NCBI RefSeq assembly: GCF_018977255.1
Contig: NW_024704742.1
Location: 32,614,001 to 32,678,000, forward strand
From: Callorhinchus milii
Taxonomy: Eukaryota
Length of the DNA: 64,000 nucleotides
Reading direction: 5' to 3'
In this document: positions 26,398 to 36,868 of the stretch, in pieces
Position numbering within the stretch: position 1 is the first letter of the stretch
Layout: every line of letters starts with the position of its first letter
The notes under the pieces: model-generated
What the model saw: only the letters and a program-made list of their open reading frames with translations
The model's database searches: none
What the model was told of the DNA's origin: nothing
Position numbers and translations under genes: made by a program

Positions 26398-26403
26398 GTG
26401 AGT

Positions 26404-27330
26404 GTGTCCGTGTGGGGGGGAGTGTGTCCGTGTGGGGGGGAGTGTGAGGGGGGGAGTGGGAGAGAGAGAGAGTGGGAGAGAGAGAGGGGGGGAGTGGGTG
26501 AGAGGGGGAGTGGGGGAGAGAAGGGGAGAGTGAGAAGGGGAGTGTGAGAGGGAGAGGGGGGAGAGAGAGAGGGGGAGTGGGAGAGAGAGAGAGGGAGTGG
26601 GAGAGGGAGAGGGGGGGAGTGGGAGAGAGAGAGGGGAGTGGGAGAGTGAGAAGGGGAGTGTGAGAGGGAGAGGGGGAGAGAGAGAGGGGGAGTGGGAGAG
26701 AGAGAGAGGGAGTGGGAGAAGGAGAGGGGGAGTGGTGAGAGAGAGAGAGGAGTGGGAGAGGGTGGGAGAGAGAGAGGGGGAGTGGGAGAGAGAGAGAGGG
26801 GGAGTGGGAGAGGGGGGGAGTGGGGGAGAGAGAGTGAGAGGGGGAGTGTGTGGGAAAGGGGGAGAGTGGGGGAGAGTGTGAGAGGGGGTGTGTGGGAAAG
26901 GGAGAGAGTGGGAGAGGGTGTGGGGGAGAGAGTGAGAGGGGGAGTGTGTGGGAAAGGGAGAGAGTGGGAGAGGGTGTGGGGGAGAGAGTGAGAGGGGGAG
27001 TGTGTGGGAAAGGGAGAGAGTGGGAGGGGGTGGGGGAGAGAGTGAGAGGGGGAGTGTGTGGGAAAGGGAGAGAGTGAGAGAGGGTGTGGGGGAGAGAGTG
27101 AGTGGGGGAGTGTGTGGAAGGAGAGAGTGGGAGAGGGTGTGGGGGAGAGAGTGAGAGGGGGAGTGTGTGGGAAAGGGGGAGAGAGTGAGAGGGGGAGTGT
27201 GTGGGAAAGGGAGAGAGTGAGAGGGGGAGTGTGTGGGAGAGAGAGAGAGTGGGAGAGGGTGTGGGGGAGAGAGGGGAATAGTGTGAGAGGAGGGGGAGAG
27301 GGGGTGTGTGTATGGAGGAGAGGGAGTGTG
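26404..27330 (+). repeat. Polypurine (GA/GT-rich) low-complexity array in INTS12 intron 1
   Basis: Almost C-free strand; recurring ~50-bp unit gagtgagagggggagtgtgtgggaaagggagagagtgggagagggtgtgggggaga. Confidence 0.93.
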
Positions 27331-27637
27331 TGTTGGGGCTGCAACCCACTGCCTCCTGACTCAGAGGCGAGAATGCTACCAACTGAGTCAGACTGACAGC
27401 ATCTATCGAGAAAAGCCCTTGTGGGAACAGAATAGGCAGAAGGTGGAGAGCGGAGGGAGAGAAAGAGGTGGGGAGCATTTGAGGTGGTGGGATCCCATAG
27501 TGCGTTGCAAAACCCCACTATGGGATCCCACTTCACCCCAAATACTCTCTGGGGTTCATTCATTCACTGATAATATTGAGGTGATCTTCAACTAATTTAT
27601 TTTCCATTCAACCTTCTGGCTGGTGCTTCGCAGGACA

Positions 27638-27790
27638 ATGGCTGTTCCAAACTTGGAGCTGGATCCAATATTCTTGAAAGCTCTGGGCTATCTGCATTCA
27701 AAGACTAAAGATTCAGCAGAGAAGCTGAAAGGTTTGCTGGATGAAACCCTGGCCAGAGGTGGTGACTCCAGCTTTCGGCAACTACAAAAG
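27638..27790 (+). CDS. INTS12: INTS12 coding exon 1 ([22 protein letters not shown]...QLQK)
   Basis: Acceptor cgcag| at 27633, ATG at 27638, donor AAG|gtatgg. [22 protein letters not shown] is the INTS12 N-terminal microdomain. Confidence 0.95.
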
Positions 27791-28039
27791 GTATGGGAGG
27801 GATGTTCTGGTAAAGCTATCTGCCTCCTGTCCACAACATTGATGTTACACACAACAGCAGAGTTTCTAGTCTCATGCGGAGGGTTGAGGGATTAGCAGAG
27901 TTGATCACCTTCTGAGAGAAAGAGGAGGGAAGGTATTGAAGGGTCAGTTAGCCTTGTTGCTGTTTTGTGCCTTTAATATAGTGCGAGTCCTTTTATAGCA
28001 CTGTTGCACGGTAGACTTGAGGTACTGGACAACTTCTCT

Positions 28040-28490
28040 CAATCTTTGCTTCAGTTGAAATAGAGCCAGTCTCTCTTTGTAACTGAAACCCCTCATCCCT
28101 CATCCATTCTTATAAATCTCCTCTGCACCACTTCCAAGGCCTTAACATCTTTCCTAAAATGAGGTACCTAAGAGGGGAGCTAATACGGAGGTTTCAAATT
28201 GTAAGTGTTTAATCATGTTATTGTTAATAGACTGTAAAAGAAAATTTAGAAAGACCTATTTCACACAGAAAATATTGAAAATGTAGCACTCACTGCTCAA
28301 AACGATAGCTGAATCAGATAGAATAGATGCATTTTAGAGGAAGATAGTCCTTCACGGGAGGGAAAAGGGAATAGAAGTATATGGGATGGAGTTAAGAGTG
28401 AGTAGAGACTCATATGGAGTATATGAGTTTAAGCGCTCTTGAGACACGATCCTCTGTGGAGGGTGCGATATAAGTGCAAGTTGTTGTATG
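28040..28490. mobile_element. Old CR1 fragments (both orientations) and an L2-like tail
   Basis: tatttcacacagaaaatattgaaaatgtag and ttttagaggaagatag CR1-like remnants; aagtgcaagttgttg tail. Confidence 0.5.
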
Positions 28491-28564
28491 TACACTGAAT
28501 GTTTTGTGCTGTACATTCTTTGTTAAACTGGATGCACTACTCCAGCAACCAATGATTTGCCAAT

Positions 28565-28613
28565 TTCTCAGCCTTTTAGCCAAGATCAAATGTAGTATCT
28601 GTTCTTATCAGTT
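28565..28613 (+). pseudogene. U2 snRNA 5' fragment (about nt 6-54), 3'-truncated pseudogene
   Basis: ttctcagccttttagccaagatcaaatgtagtatctgttcttatcagtt matches vertebrate U2 at 45/49 nt by eye, including the GTAGTA branch-recognition sequence. No Sm site or 3' part. Confidence 0.85.
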
Positions 28614-28684
28614 ACTCCTTGGAATATTGTGTTCCTTTTGAGATTCGCTTGTGTTAGCACGACCGCAACCGAATCTCCCCGTAA

Positions 28685-29750
28685 TCTATACTAATAAAGA
28701 AAAAAAGTCTGTGTGTCCGCCAATAACGCAATAACCGATTGAGATTTATACTTCAACGGAAAGGTTTTGCATGCGGGAGCGTCGCGGGCATTTGTTTTTT
28801 CGGGGATCTGTCGTTGATGAGCTATATTTAAAAAATGATTTAATTAAGCCCTAAAATATGAGATACTCTCTGTACCCATTGCCGCTCCGCTTGCAACCAA
28901 GGATCCAATATGGAATGTAGATTTCAGTGATACCACTCACTAACCATTTAACATGACTGAAACACTGCGTACACCTTGCATGCCTTTCTGCGTCGAAGTC
29001 CAGCCACGCCATTCTTTGAGCGGGTAACTAATGTTGCCTTGCTCTTAGTCTTTTAAGCATTGAAGTCCAGCTGTGCTCTTCTTTGTTCTTCAGTTTCATT
29101 TAATTGGCCTTCTCCCTTTTGTCTGGCATTTTTGTTTGTCCTTGAAAGTCTTGCTTAGAAAATATGCTATGAGGAGGACTCCTGGTTGGTTGGACTCCTG
29201 GTTGGGTGGACTCCTGGTGGGAGGAGTGTAGCTCCCATGACAACCTGAAAAAAATGCCATCCTTTTGTTGCAGGATACATTAGTATAGATCCATCTTTCC
29301 TCTGCCACTACTTTGTTGCAGAATACCATGCATACCTCATATTTTGGGGCTTAATTAAAGCATTTTTTAAATATAGCTCATCGATGATAGGAGATCCCCG
29401 AAAGAGAAATGCCCATGACGCTCCCGCATGCAAGACCTTTCCGATAAAATATAAATCATGTCTCTACGTCAATCAGTTATTGCATTATTGTCGGAAACAC
29501 ATACACACACAGACACTTTGTCTTTATTAGTATAAGATGCATGGTCTGCTGCAACAAAGTAGTGACAAAAAAAATCACACACCTTTCCAGAGAGATGCAT
29601 CTATAATATATTCTGCAACAATGTAGCGACAGAGGAAAGCTATGACTTAAACAAGTTTATCATACATGTATCCACTCCCAACGAGTCCTCCCAACCAGGA
29701 GTCCTCCCACTGAGGCCTCCCATCAGGAACCTTCACAAAAGGAGCCCTCC
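28685..29750 (+). mobile_element. Host Helitron-like copy of the same family (28685-28865 and 29538-~29750), 3'-truncated
   Basis: Starts A|TCTATACTAATAAAGA. Collinear with the inserted copy on both sides of the insertion (aatatgagata|tgcatgg). Confidence 0.65.
28866..29537 (-). mobile_element. Non-autonomous Helitron-like element (inserted copy)
   Basis: 5' TC(TTATACTAATAAAGA), 3' GC-rich hairpin gttgc..gcaat plus a degenerate terminal motif. Inserted between host A (28865) and T (29538) with no TSD. Internal NETEEQRRAQL remnant. Confidence 0.7.
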
Positions 29751-30652
29751 CCAGCTGTATAGATAAAGATGAAATGTGTGTCTGTCTGTCAATCTACATT
29801 CTGTATTGGATCCTTTGATTGCAAGCGAAGCTACAATGGGCCATTACTGTATTATCATCTCTCTCCCTTCCCATTCTCAATCCACAACCGTTTGTGGGAC
29901 ATTGCTGTGCGCAATTGACTGCCGCATTCGCCCACAAATATACAGTCAATTCACTTTACAGTATATTCTGTGAAGCGCTTTGGGACGGCTAGAAGATTTG
30001 AAAAGCGCTATATCAAATGCAAATATTATTATTATAATAATAATGGGAAAATCGAGCTACTAGCAGGAGCTATGCCTTCGGCCCTCTGTTAGTTGAAATT
30101 GGTATTGCAGTACTTCCGACCTGAGGAGTTTGATCTGCCCTCACAAAGAAGCAGAGATACTGGAATACAGAGCTAACTCAAGTACTTGGTCACTAGGCTC
30201 AGACAGGGCTTGCCCTGCTGGAGAGGTGACTTGACTTGTGCGGGTAGTCGTGAAGACAGGTTTCAGGTCCACATTGTCCTTTGACGATTTTGAACCTAGA
30301 TTTTTTTTTCGGGGGCAAAGGGGTTGTCTGCGGAGACAACCTTCATTCCCTTGAGGAACGCATTTCAGTCTAATTTGGCTGTGAGTGGGGCCTAACCTCA
30401 CTCACCCCAAAAAAAGATTTGTACAAAGTTAGCATTATTGCTTTACTTTTGCACTCTAATGACCCTATGTATAAACCCAGAATACTCTTAGTTTTTTTTC
30501 ACAGTCCTTTCCACCTGTGCTGCCACTTTCAAGGTCTGATTTACCTTCATTACTTTACTCGTCTCTTGTTAATATTTAGCTCTCAGAAATTGTTTGTTCA
30601 CTTCTTCAAGGGCGTTACCGTGTATGTCTGTGGCTTGTCTGTATGAATGCAT

Positions 30653-30970
30653 TTAATAATAATCCTTGCATTTGACATAGTGCTTTGCACGTCCTCTAGA
30701 TGTCTCAAAGCACTTCACAGAATATGCTGTAAAGTGAATTGACTGTATATTTGTGGGCAAAACGCGGCAGCCAATTGCGCACAGCAGTGTCCCACAAACA
30801 GTCGTGGATTGAAAATGACCAATTTTATTATTGTTTTGTTTTGGAGAGATTATTATCAGGCATGTGGGGTAAGGAAACTTGCGCAAGGTTTCGCCCTCTG
30901 CCTGGAATTGAACCCATGTGTCTCGCTTGCAAGGTGAGTGCTCTAACCACTGAGCTACAGGACTCCACAT
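30653..30970 (-). mobile_element. tRNA-head SINE, internal-deletion variant
   Basis: Same deletion as 24261-24570. Confidence 0.85.
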
Positions 30971-31547
30971 TTGGCTTTAGCATATCCAGGAGAGTTAACG
31001 GGTGGGGACGAGCAGAGAGAGATTGGACTAAAACCAAATGCACAAGCTTAGTGTTTAATGTTATTTTCATGCGCCTATCTCTGTCCCCTGTCCTATTTGG
31101 CTATCGTTTCTCTGATTATTTTCTTAATTCTGTGTTTGTTTGTTTGTTGTTTGACCTCTGTCCCATTTTTAGCAGTTATATTTCCATTTTAATGTACACA
31201 AATCTATGTGTAATTGGAGTCTCTCTATTCTTGTTTGCTTTTGTGAAAAGTTTCCATTACATCGCATTCCGATAAGTATGGTTGGCAAATAGGCCAGCCT
31301 GTGTGTATCTTTGTTTCTTTAGCCAAATATTGATATACGGTCTTGTACAACAGAACATCCCGTCTAGGTTTGTCAGTACAGTACTGAGTACCTATAGTTG
31401 ACTGAAATGTCTTATATCACTACATTTTTGTTTCAGGAAGAGGGGGGAATTTCATGCCTCTTGTATTTCAAAAATTGTCCCATAAACAAGTTGATTTGCT
31501 TTGATTTCAGAAAGATTATATTAATCCTGTATATTTCTTTTGGACAG

Positions 31548-31700
31548 GAAACTGATACACCCAAGATAACTACTGGTTCCAAATCCAGTTCTAGTAAGCA
31601 GGAGTCCAAGGTGTCGTCCAGTCTATCGTTGGGCAGCAATGGGAAATCCAGTTCTGTTGAGAAAGTCAAGAAGGAGACGGAGAAGAGACCAGCTGAAAAG
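31548..31700 (+). CDS. INTS12: INTS12 coding exon 2 (ETDTPK...KRPAEK)
   Basis: 153 nt, phase 0/0, ggacag| acceptor, AAG|gtcaaa donor. Ser/Lys-rich linker. Confidence 0.87.
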
Positions 31701-32256
31701 GTCAAATATTTCCAGTTTAATTTGATTTGTGATCCTCTGCGCATCTGGTATCCCGGGCCTCCTGCATGGGACCTCCACGTCGCAGGCTCCCTCCTTGATC
31801 CCATTGGTGGCCAAGCTGTCATCTATTATAATCACCCCTATTACTCCCCTAACCTTTGGAATGAAGCTCCCCCACCTTCCCACCTCCACCCCACCCCCCG
31901 CCACAATTATCTGTCTTTAAATCCCACCAAAAAAAAGCTATCTCTTCAATAACTATAACAACTTGCAAATACATAGCGTCCCTCACGCAAGGTAGTGTCC
32001 CAGGGCATTCTTCATCCATACCTACCTACCGCTCCTCCCCTTATTTCTTGACCTCCATCCCCATCTTTGAGATTGGCTCCAAGACTTTATCCTGTATGAG
32101 AATGCAATGCAAATTGCTCCGGTTTGTTATCGTTGAAGGCATTTTGACCTAATATCGAAACCTTGTGCAGAGTACTCGTGTCCTTGGTTATTGTGAATCA
32201 ACTTCTTAAAGAAATCATACATGTATCCAATCACCTTTCCCCTTTTTGCCAATTAG

Positions 32257-32438
32257 GTTAAACTGGAACCTCCTGAAGGAATCGACATCCAGAAAAAACC
32301 CAGATTGGAAAAGTCAGAGAATCGCTCATCTCCCATCACAGTTCAGTCCAGCAAGGATTTGGTCCAGCCAGACCTGCCAGGCTTCGAAAGTGCTGAAGAC
32401 TTTGCCATGGAAATGGGGTTGGCATGCGTGGTTTGTCG
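32257..32438 (+). CDS. INTS12: INTS12 coding exon 3 (VKLEPPEG...[14 protein letters not shown])
   Basis: 182 nt, attag| acceptor, CG|gtaaga donor. KKPRLEK, RSSPIT and [12 protein letters not shown] (start of the PHD finger). Confidence 0.95.
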
Positions 32439-33691
32439 GTAAGAGAGTTTGTTTACAAATGGTTTTGTGAAACGACCACTTGATTTCACAGACCTGTGTA
32501 TCTCAGTGGAAAAACGAGACGTGGACTTCCCTCTATTTAGCAAGGTCTTATCCGAATATGCTGTCAAACAAATTTTGGTCGCACGATATGCATTGCTAGT
32601 CATAATTACCTGAATTATGCTGTCAAAAGAACCCTATATTAGCGTAATGCCAGTCACCTTATGCAATGTCTTTTCCAGTCCAGCATCGTTATTGCCTGTC
32701 CCTTTTACTGTTGTTTGTGTTGTTTGTGAACTTTATTCCCCCCCCACAGAAAAAAATACCAAACATGGTCTTGTTTGCAGTTCAGATGAATGCAAATCCA
32801 CAACTGAAGTTACACAGCCAAATTCTCTTCCCAAGATGGAATGAAACATACAGAGGTCACTTGCACAATACTAAATGTGTAATTTGTTTAAACCCTCCCT
32901 CCCTTACAAAATTCCTTACCAATTATTATAGCTGCGGTGACATCAGTCAGAAGCCTGGCATAGATTTACTTACATAAATCACAATCGCCCAGTAGGTCTC
33001 CTCGACATCAGTGACTGTTCGGCATACAGTGCTAGAGGTGCAAATCTTTCTTTCAAATCAATATAAAATTTTATTGTGCTGAATGATAGATAGCTAGGCG
33101 TAAATAAGGATATTAACCTTGTCTCGGAGTACTGATGAACTGTGTAAGCAAAGCTTGTGTACTCTGCGATTAATCATCTGGTCTTTGAATTAGCCACTTT
33201 GTGTAATTCCATTGTAACAGCGAGTACTGTGCTTTCCAGGTGGGTAGTTTTGCTTTGCATGTAGAGAAATGTCCTGGTTACGCTAAGATATTCTGTATTC
33301 TAAATGGAGGATTGAGAAATAATCAATTGGATCAAAAGCAAAACTGAATGGTAAAAATGAGAAAAAGTGCTGAAAATGTACAGCAGGTTTGATCATCATC
33401 TGATAGACAGGTTATGTATTTGCATCAGTACTACATAGAGTAGGGCAGTCAAGGAGATCTAATGAAAGGTCAAACCAGAAAAATTAAACCATCACTTTCA
33501 GATGCTGAACAATCTACTGTGCATTTCCCCCACCATATTTTTGATTTTATTTAAAAAGTTGAGGTGGTAACTGGAAGTATATTGAATGGCTACTCACATT
33601 TAGCTATTGGATAGAATTGTCTAGACATAGTGTACTTTTTGATAGTACCAGCAACAAATGACTGGCTCACTGGCTGTGACCTTGCTTGTAG

Positions 33692-33851
33692 GCAGATGAC
33701 GGTTACATCAGGTAATCAGCTGGTCGAATGTCAAGAATGCCACAACCTATACCACCAAGACTGTCACAAGCCCCAAGTCACAGATAAGGATGTGAACGAC
33801 CCTCGGCTGGTTTGGTACTGTGCCCGCTGTACCAGGCAGATGAAGAAAATG
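33692..33851 (+). CDS. INTS12: INTS12 coding exon 4, PHD finger ([21 protein letters not shown]...WYCARC)
   Basis: 160 nt, phase 2/0, C4HC3 PHD residues, canonical splice sites. Confidence 0.97.
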
Positions 33852-34612
33852 GTAAGAGTTTCCATTGAGTCCACGTTTTAATGCCACTAGAATGATTCAT
33901 CGTTTGCTAGAGATGCCACAGTATATTACAAATTAGATGGTAAGGAGCAGCGATGGAATTGTTCAGTGACGTTAAACAGGACTGTTTCAAACTACTTGTG
34001 ATGGACTGGGCCAAAGTGTGAGAAACTGCATTTTGTAATTTCACCCAAACCATCAATGTGTATGGAGAGATGCTGGGTCAGCATTGAGAGCCACAGAAAC
34101 CTGGGAAGAAAAGTGGAGTAAACTGAAAGCTGAGCTGACGCATGTGTTAGACTTGTATACATCCGTCATTGGATGGGACTTGGGAACCAGTTATTTTTCA
34201 AAGTGACATCAGTGGGTGAAAAGTGTTGTCTGACTGTTTAGCTTCCCCTGGGACGATGGGTGTAATAAGTATGGGAGGTAGGGCAGTTAATCTACCTGTT
34301 GAACTTATATTGGAGACGTTTGTACAGTGCAGATTGGCTCCTTACTTCCTCTCTTAGAAATACTGTCTATGATTCACATGGTGTAACTTAAGTACAACTC
34401 ATGAAGTTATAGGCAAAGCCATCGGGGGTCACAGCAAAGTTGCGTAAACACCGTGTCCAACATGCTCGTCTGGGAATGTTAATATTAAGATGGAACCCAG
34501 AAAAGGATAAAACATCAACAATCTTTGATGTAACCAAACTAAATGTTACTTTTCATGATGTTTTGAGGTCTTGTAATTAGAATATAACTTTGTCATTTTT
34601 TATTATAAACAG

Positions 34613-34762
34613 GCACAGAAGACACAAAAGACAACTCCAAAAGTTTCTACCTCAGTTGTTAGCACAGTCCCGTCAGTCAAGGATCCCCTGGTGAAAAAAC
34701 CTGAAATGAAACTTAAACAGGAAATGACTTCGTTTCAGGCCTTCAAGAGAACGGAAGTGAAG
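34613..34762 (+). CDS. INTS12: INTS12 coding exon 5 (AQKTQK...KDPLVKKPE...AFKRTEVK)
   Basis: 150 nt, phase 0/0, aaacag| acceptor, AAG|gtgcag donor. Confidence 0.92.
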
Positions 34763-34929
34763 GTGCAGTAATAGTCTCCAATAATTAGTGTTAAACAAAT
34801 TCTCCTCAGCAATAGGTCATGGTTTAGTGGTTGAAACTTTCATTTGGTGCATTATAGGTTTAAAACTTGCCTGTTTCTGGATGTGCTCCCAAAGTAATGA
34901 CAACATTTTGCTGGATTGGAAGAGTGCAT

Positions 34930-35090
34930 TAGTTAGTGCACTTCACTCTGAGCCACGGCTTTGACCTCAGCCTGGACTAACGGGGTGGAAGTCTCCTTTC
35001 TCTGCTGGCCATGAGGTTCCCACGCAAAGTAGATTGATGTGAGTCAGTCCACTTCCCACTGGAGTGGTCTTAAAAGTACAAAACAAGATG
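34930..35090 (+). mobile_element. LF-SINE-like ancient SINE relic
   Basis: cagcctggactaacggggtggaagtctcctttctctgctggc...gtcagtccacttcccactgga resembles the LF-SINE 5' half as recalled; not aligned. Confidence 0.4.
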
Positions 35091-35432
35091 ATTTGTGATG
35101 AAATGTGAACTAGTTGTTGGTCCTAAAGGTTTCAGTGGGTCTGATTGGTGTATGCAAAACACGACAAAGTCATTTCACTGAGCGTGAAATGTTTTTGAGA
35201 TATGTCAGTTTGATCAGGTGTACACCCAAAGGAATAAATTATTGTTAAATTGCAGAGGCATTTGTTTGGTAATCGCTTTCATTTAAATCATATGGCAAGT
35301 AAAAATTAACACCATTACTATTAATACACCATACACCATTAATACAAATTGAAGAATGATGTATAATACTGAACGAATAGTAATATTTCCCTGTGCATTC
35401 CTCAACTGTAATCAATGGAAAAGCAATTGTTT

Positions 35433-36020
35433 ACAACAACAACACATTTGTAGAGCACCTTTCTCGTCGGGAGGACGTCCCAAGGCGCTGGACAGACAGA
35501 GTTACGAACCTGAGCTGAGGGTCGGGGTGGGGGAGGGCGGGGGGGGAAGCAGGGAGATCGAAAGCATGGTCGAAGAGGAGGATCTTGAAGTGGGTCTTGA
35601 AGGTGGCAAGGGAGGGGGTGAGACGGAGGGACTGCGGGATGGAATTCCAGAGGGTGGGTACCAAATGGCGGAAGGCCCACGCCCCGATAGTGGGGCAAGC
35701 AAGGTGAGGGACGTGAAGCAGGCGGAGCCCGCTGAGCGGAGGGAGCGAACAGGGTGATAGGGGGTTAGGAGGTCGGAGAGGTAGGGGGGAGCAAGACCGT
35801 GAAGGGCTTTGGAGGTGAGGACCAGGATCTTGAACTGTATCCTCTGTGTGATAGGGAGTCAGTGGAGTCGGGTGAGGATGGGGGTAATAGGATCGCGGAG
35901 CCTAATGTGGGAGAGGACCGGCTGCAGAGTTCTGGGTGGTCTGCAGTCTGTGGAGGGAGGAGTTGGGGAGGCCGACAAGCAGTGAGTTTGCATAGTCGAG
36001 CCTCGATGTGATGAAGGCGT
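35433..36020 (-). mobile_element. L2 LINE 3' fragment
   Basis: Reverse complement closely matches 52935-53510. Confidence 0.9.
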
Positions 36021-36301
36021 TTACTAGGAAATGAGTGCAAAACGCAATATGGGATTCAATTACAGTTCAAGGCTAATAATAATAATCCTTGCATTTGATA
36101 TAGTGCCTTATCGGGTCGTTGAGACGTTTCAAAGCGCTTCACAGGATATACCGTAAAGTGAACTGACTGCATATTTTGTGGACGAGAAAGGTTTCCCCTA
36201 TAAAGTATCAGCTGAGGGTCTAGAGAGAATATTTAAGTCTTTTTCACCCTGCTGAATGTGGTTTCAAATACTTTTTTATTAATTTAAAATATTTTTTGCA
36301 G

Positions 36302-36868
36302 ACTACCTCGGCAGTTTCTGGGAACTCTTCCAATTCCAACTCATCCTCTTCATCCGCCAGTGGTCTCACAGGATGGGCTGCCTTTGGAGCCAAAACATCT
36401 GCTGCAGCCCCCTCCACGGCGAAATTGGGAGCTTCTGTTCAAAGTGCCAGCGGGAAGCCTAGTTTGACCACTTCAAACTCAAAACCAATGGGTCTATCTG
36501 GGCTCACAACGTCTAAAGTAGGGCTAAGTTCCAAAGTGACTGCAAGTGGCAACTCCAGTCCAGGACCCATCAAACCACCCCCTCCTTTAACACTGGGAAA
36601 ACCAGGTCTCAACCGATCCACCAGCAATGACAATGTGAGTAAAGTGGGTTTAACAGCAACAAGCAGCAGTGCTGGCCAGGCTAGTGGTGGAAATGGAGGC
36701 ACCAGTGTTGCCATCAGCAGCACTGGGAACAATGGGGCAAAAGTCACCTCCGAAGGAGGCAACTCTTCTCTACCTAAAGTTCCAACATCGCAAGAGTCGC
36801 AGCTCAATGCCATGAAGCGACTTCAGATGGTCAAAAAGAAAGCAGCACAGAAGAAACTGAAGAAATAA
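36302..36868 (+). CDS. INTS12: INTS12 last coding exon (Ser-rich; GLTGWAAF...[24 protein letters not shown])
   Basis: ttgcag| acceptor, TAA at 36866-36868. Conserved C-terminal motif; the joined CDS is 454 aa. Confidence 0.96.
   Translation, partial: TTSAVSGNSSNSNSSSSSASGLTGWAAFGAKTSAAAPSTAKLGASVQSASGKPSLTTSNSKPMGLSGLTTSKVGLSSKVTASGNSSPGPIKPPPPLTLGKPGLNRSTSNDNVSKVGLTATSSSAGQASGGNGGTSVAISSTGNNGAKVTSEGGNSSLPKVPTSQESQLNAMKRLQMVKKKAAQKKLKK

Larger units (their letters stand above)
26191..26403. promoter_or_regulatory. Bidirectional CpG-rich promoter shared by GSTCD and INTS12
   Basis: Divergent splice donors at 26191 (-) and 26397 (+). ETS/GABP-type CCGGAAGT at 26301-26308, CCGGAAA near 26354, CTTCCG near 26374. 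Two GGACTACA motifs on the - strand (26202-26209, 26211-26218). High CpG density. Confidence 0.8.

Noticed and set aside
26183..27563. 400-431 aa Pro/Ser/Leu/His-rich ORFs on the - strand
   Set aside because: Stop-free low-complexity GA repeat; no protein-like features
28565..28613. Functional U2 snRNA gene
   Set aside because: Only about 49 nt, with stem I mismatches and no Sm site or 3' domain
29170..29225. Short direct repeats (ggactcctggttgg)x3 as a CRISPR-like array
   Set aside because: No spacers, eukaryotic context; internal minisatellite of the Helitron-like element
28685..29537. MITE with ~180-bp TIRs
   Set aside because: Better explained as two nested Helitron-like copies: homology continues beyond the apparent TIR and there is no TSD
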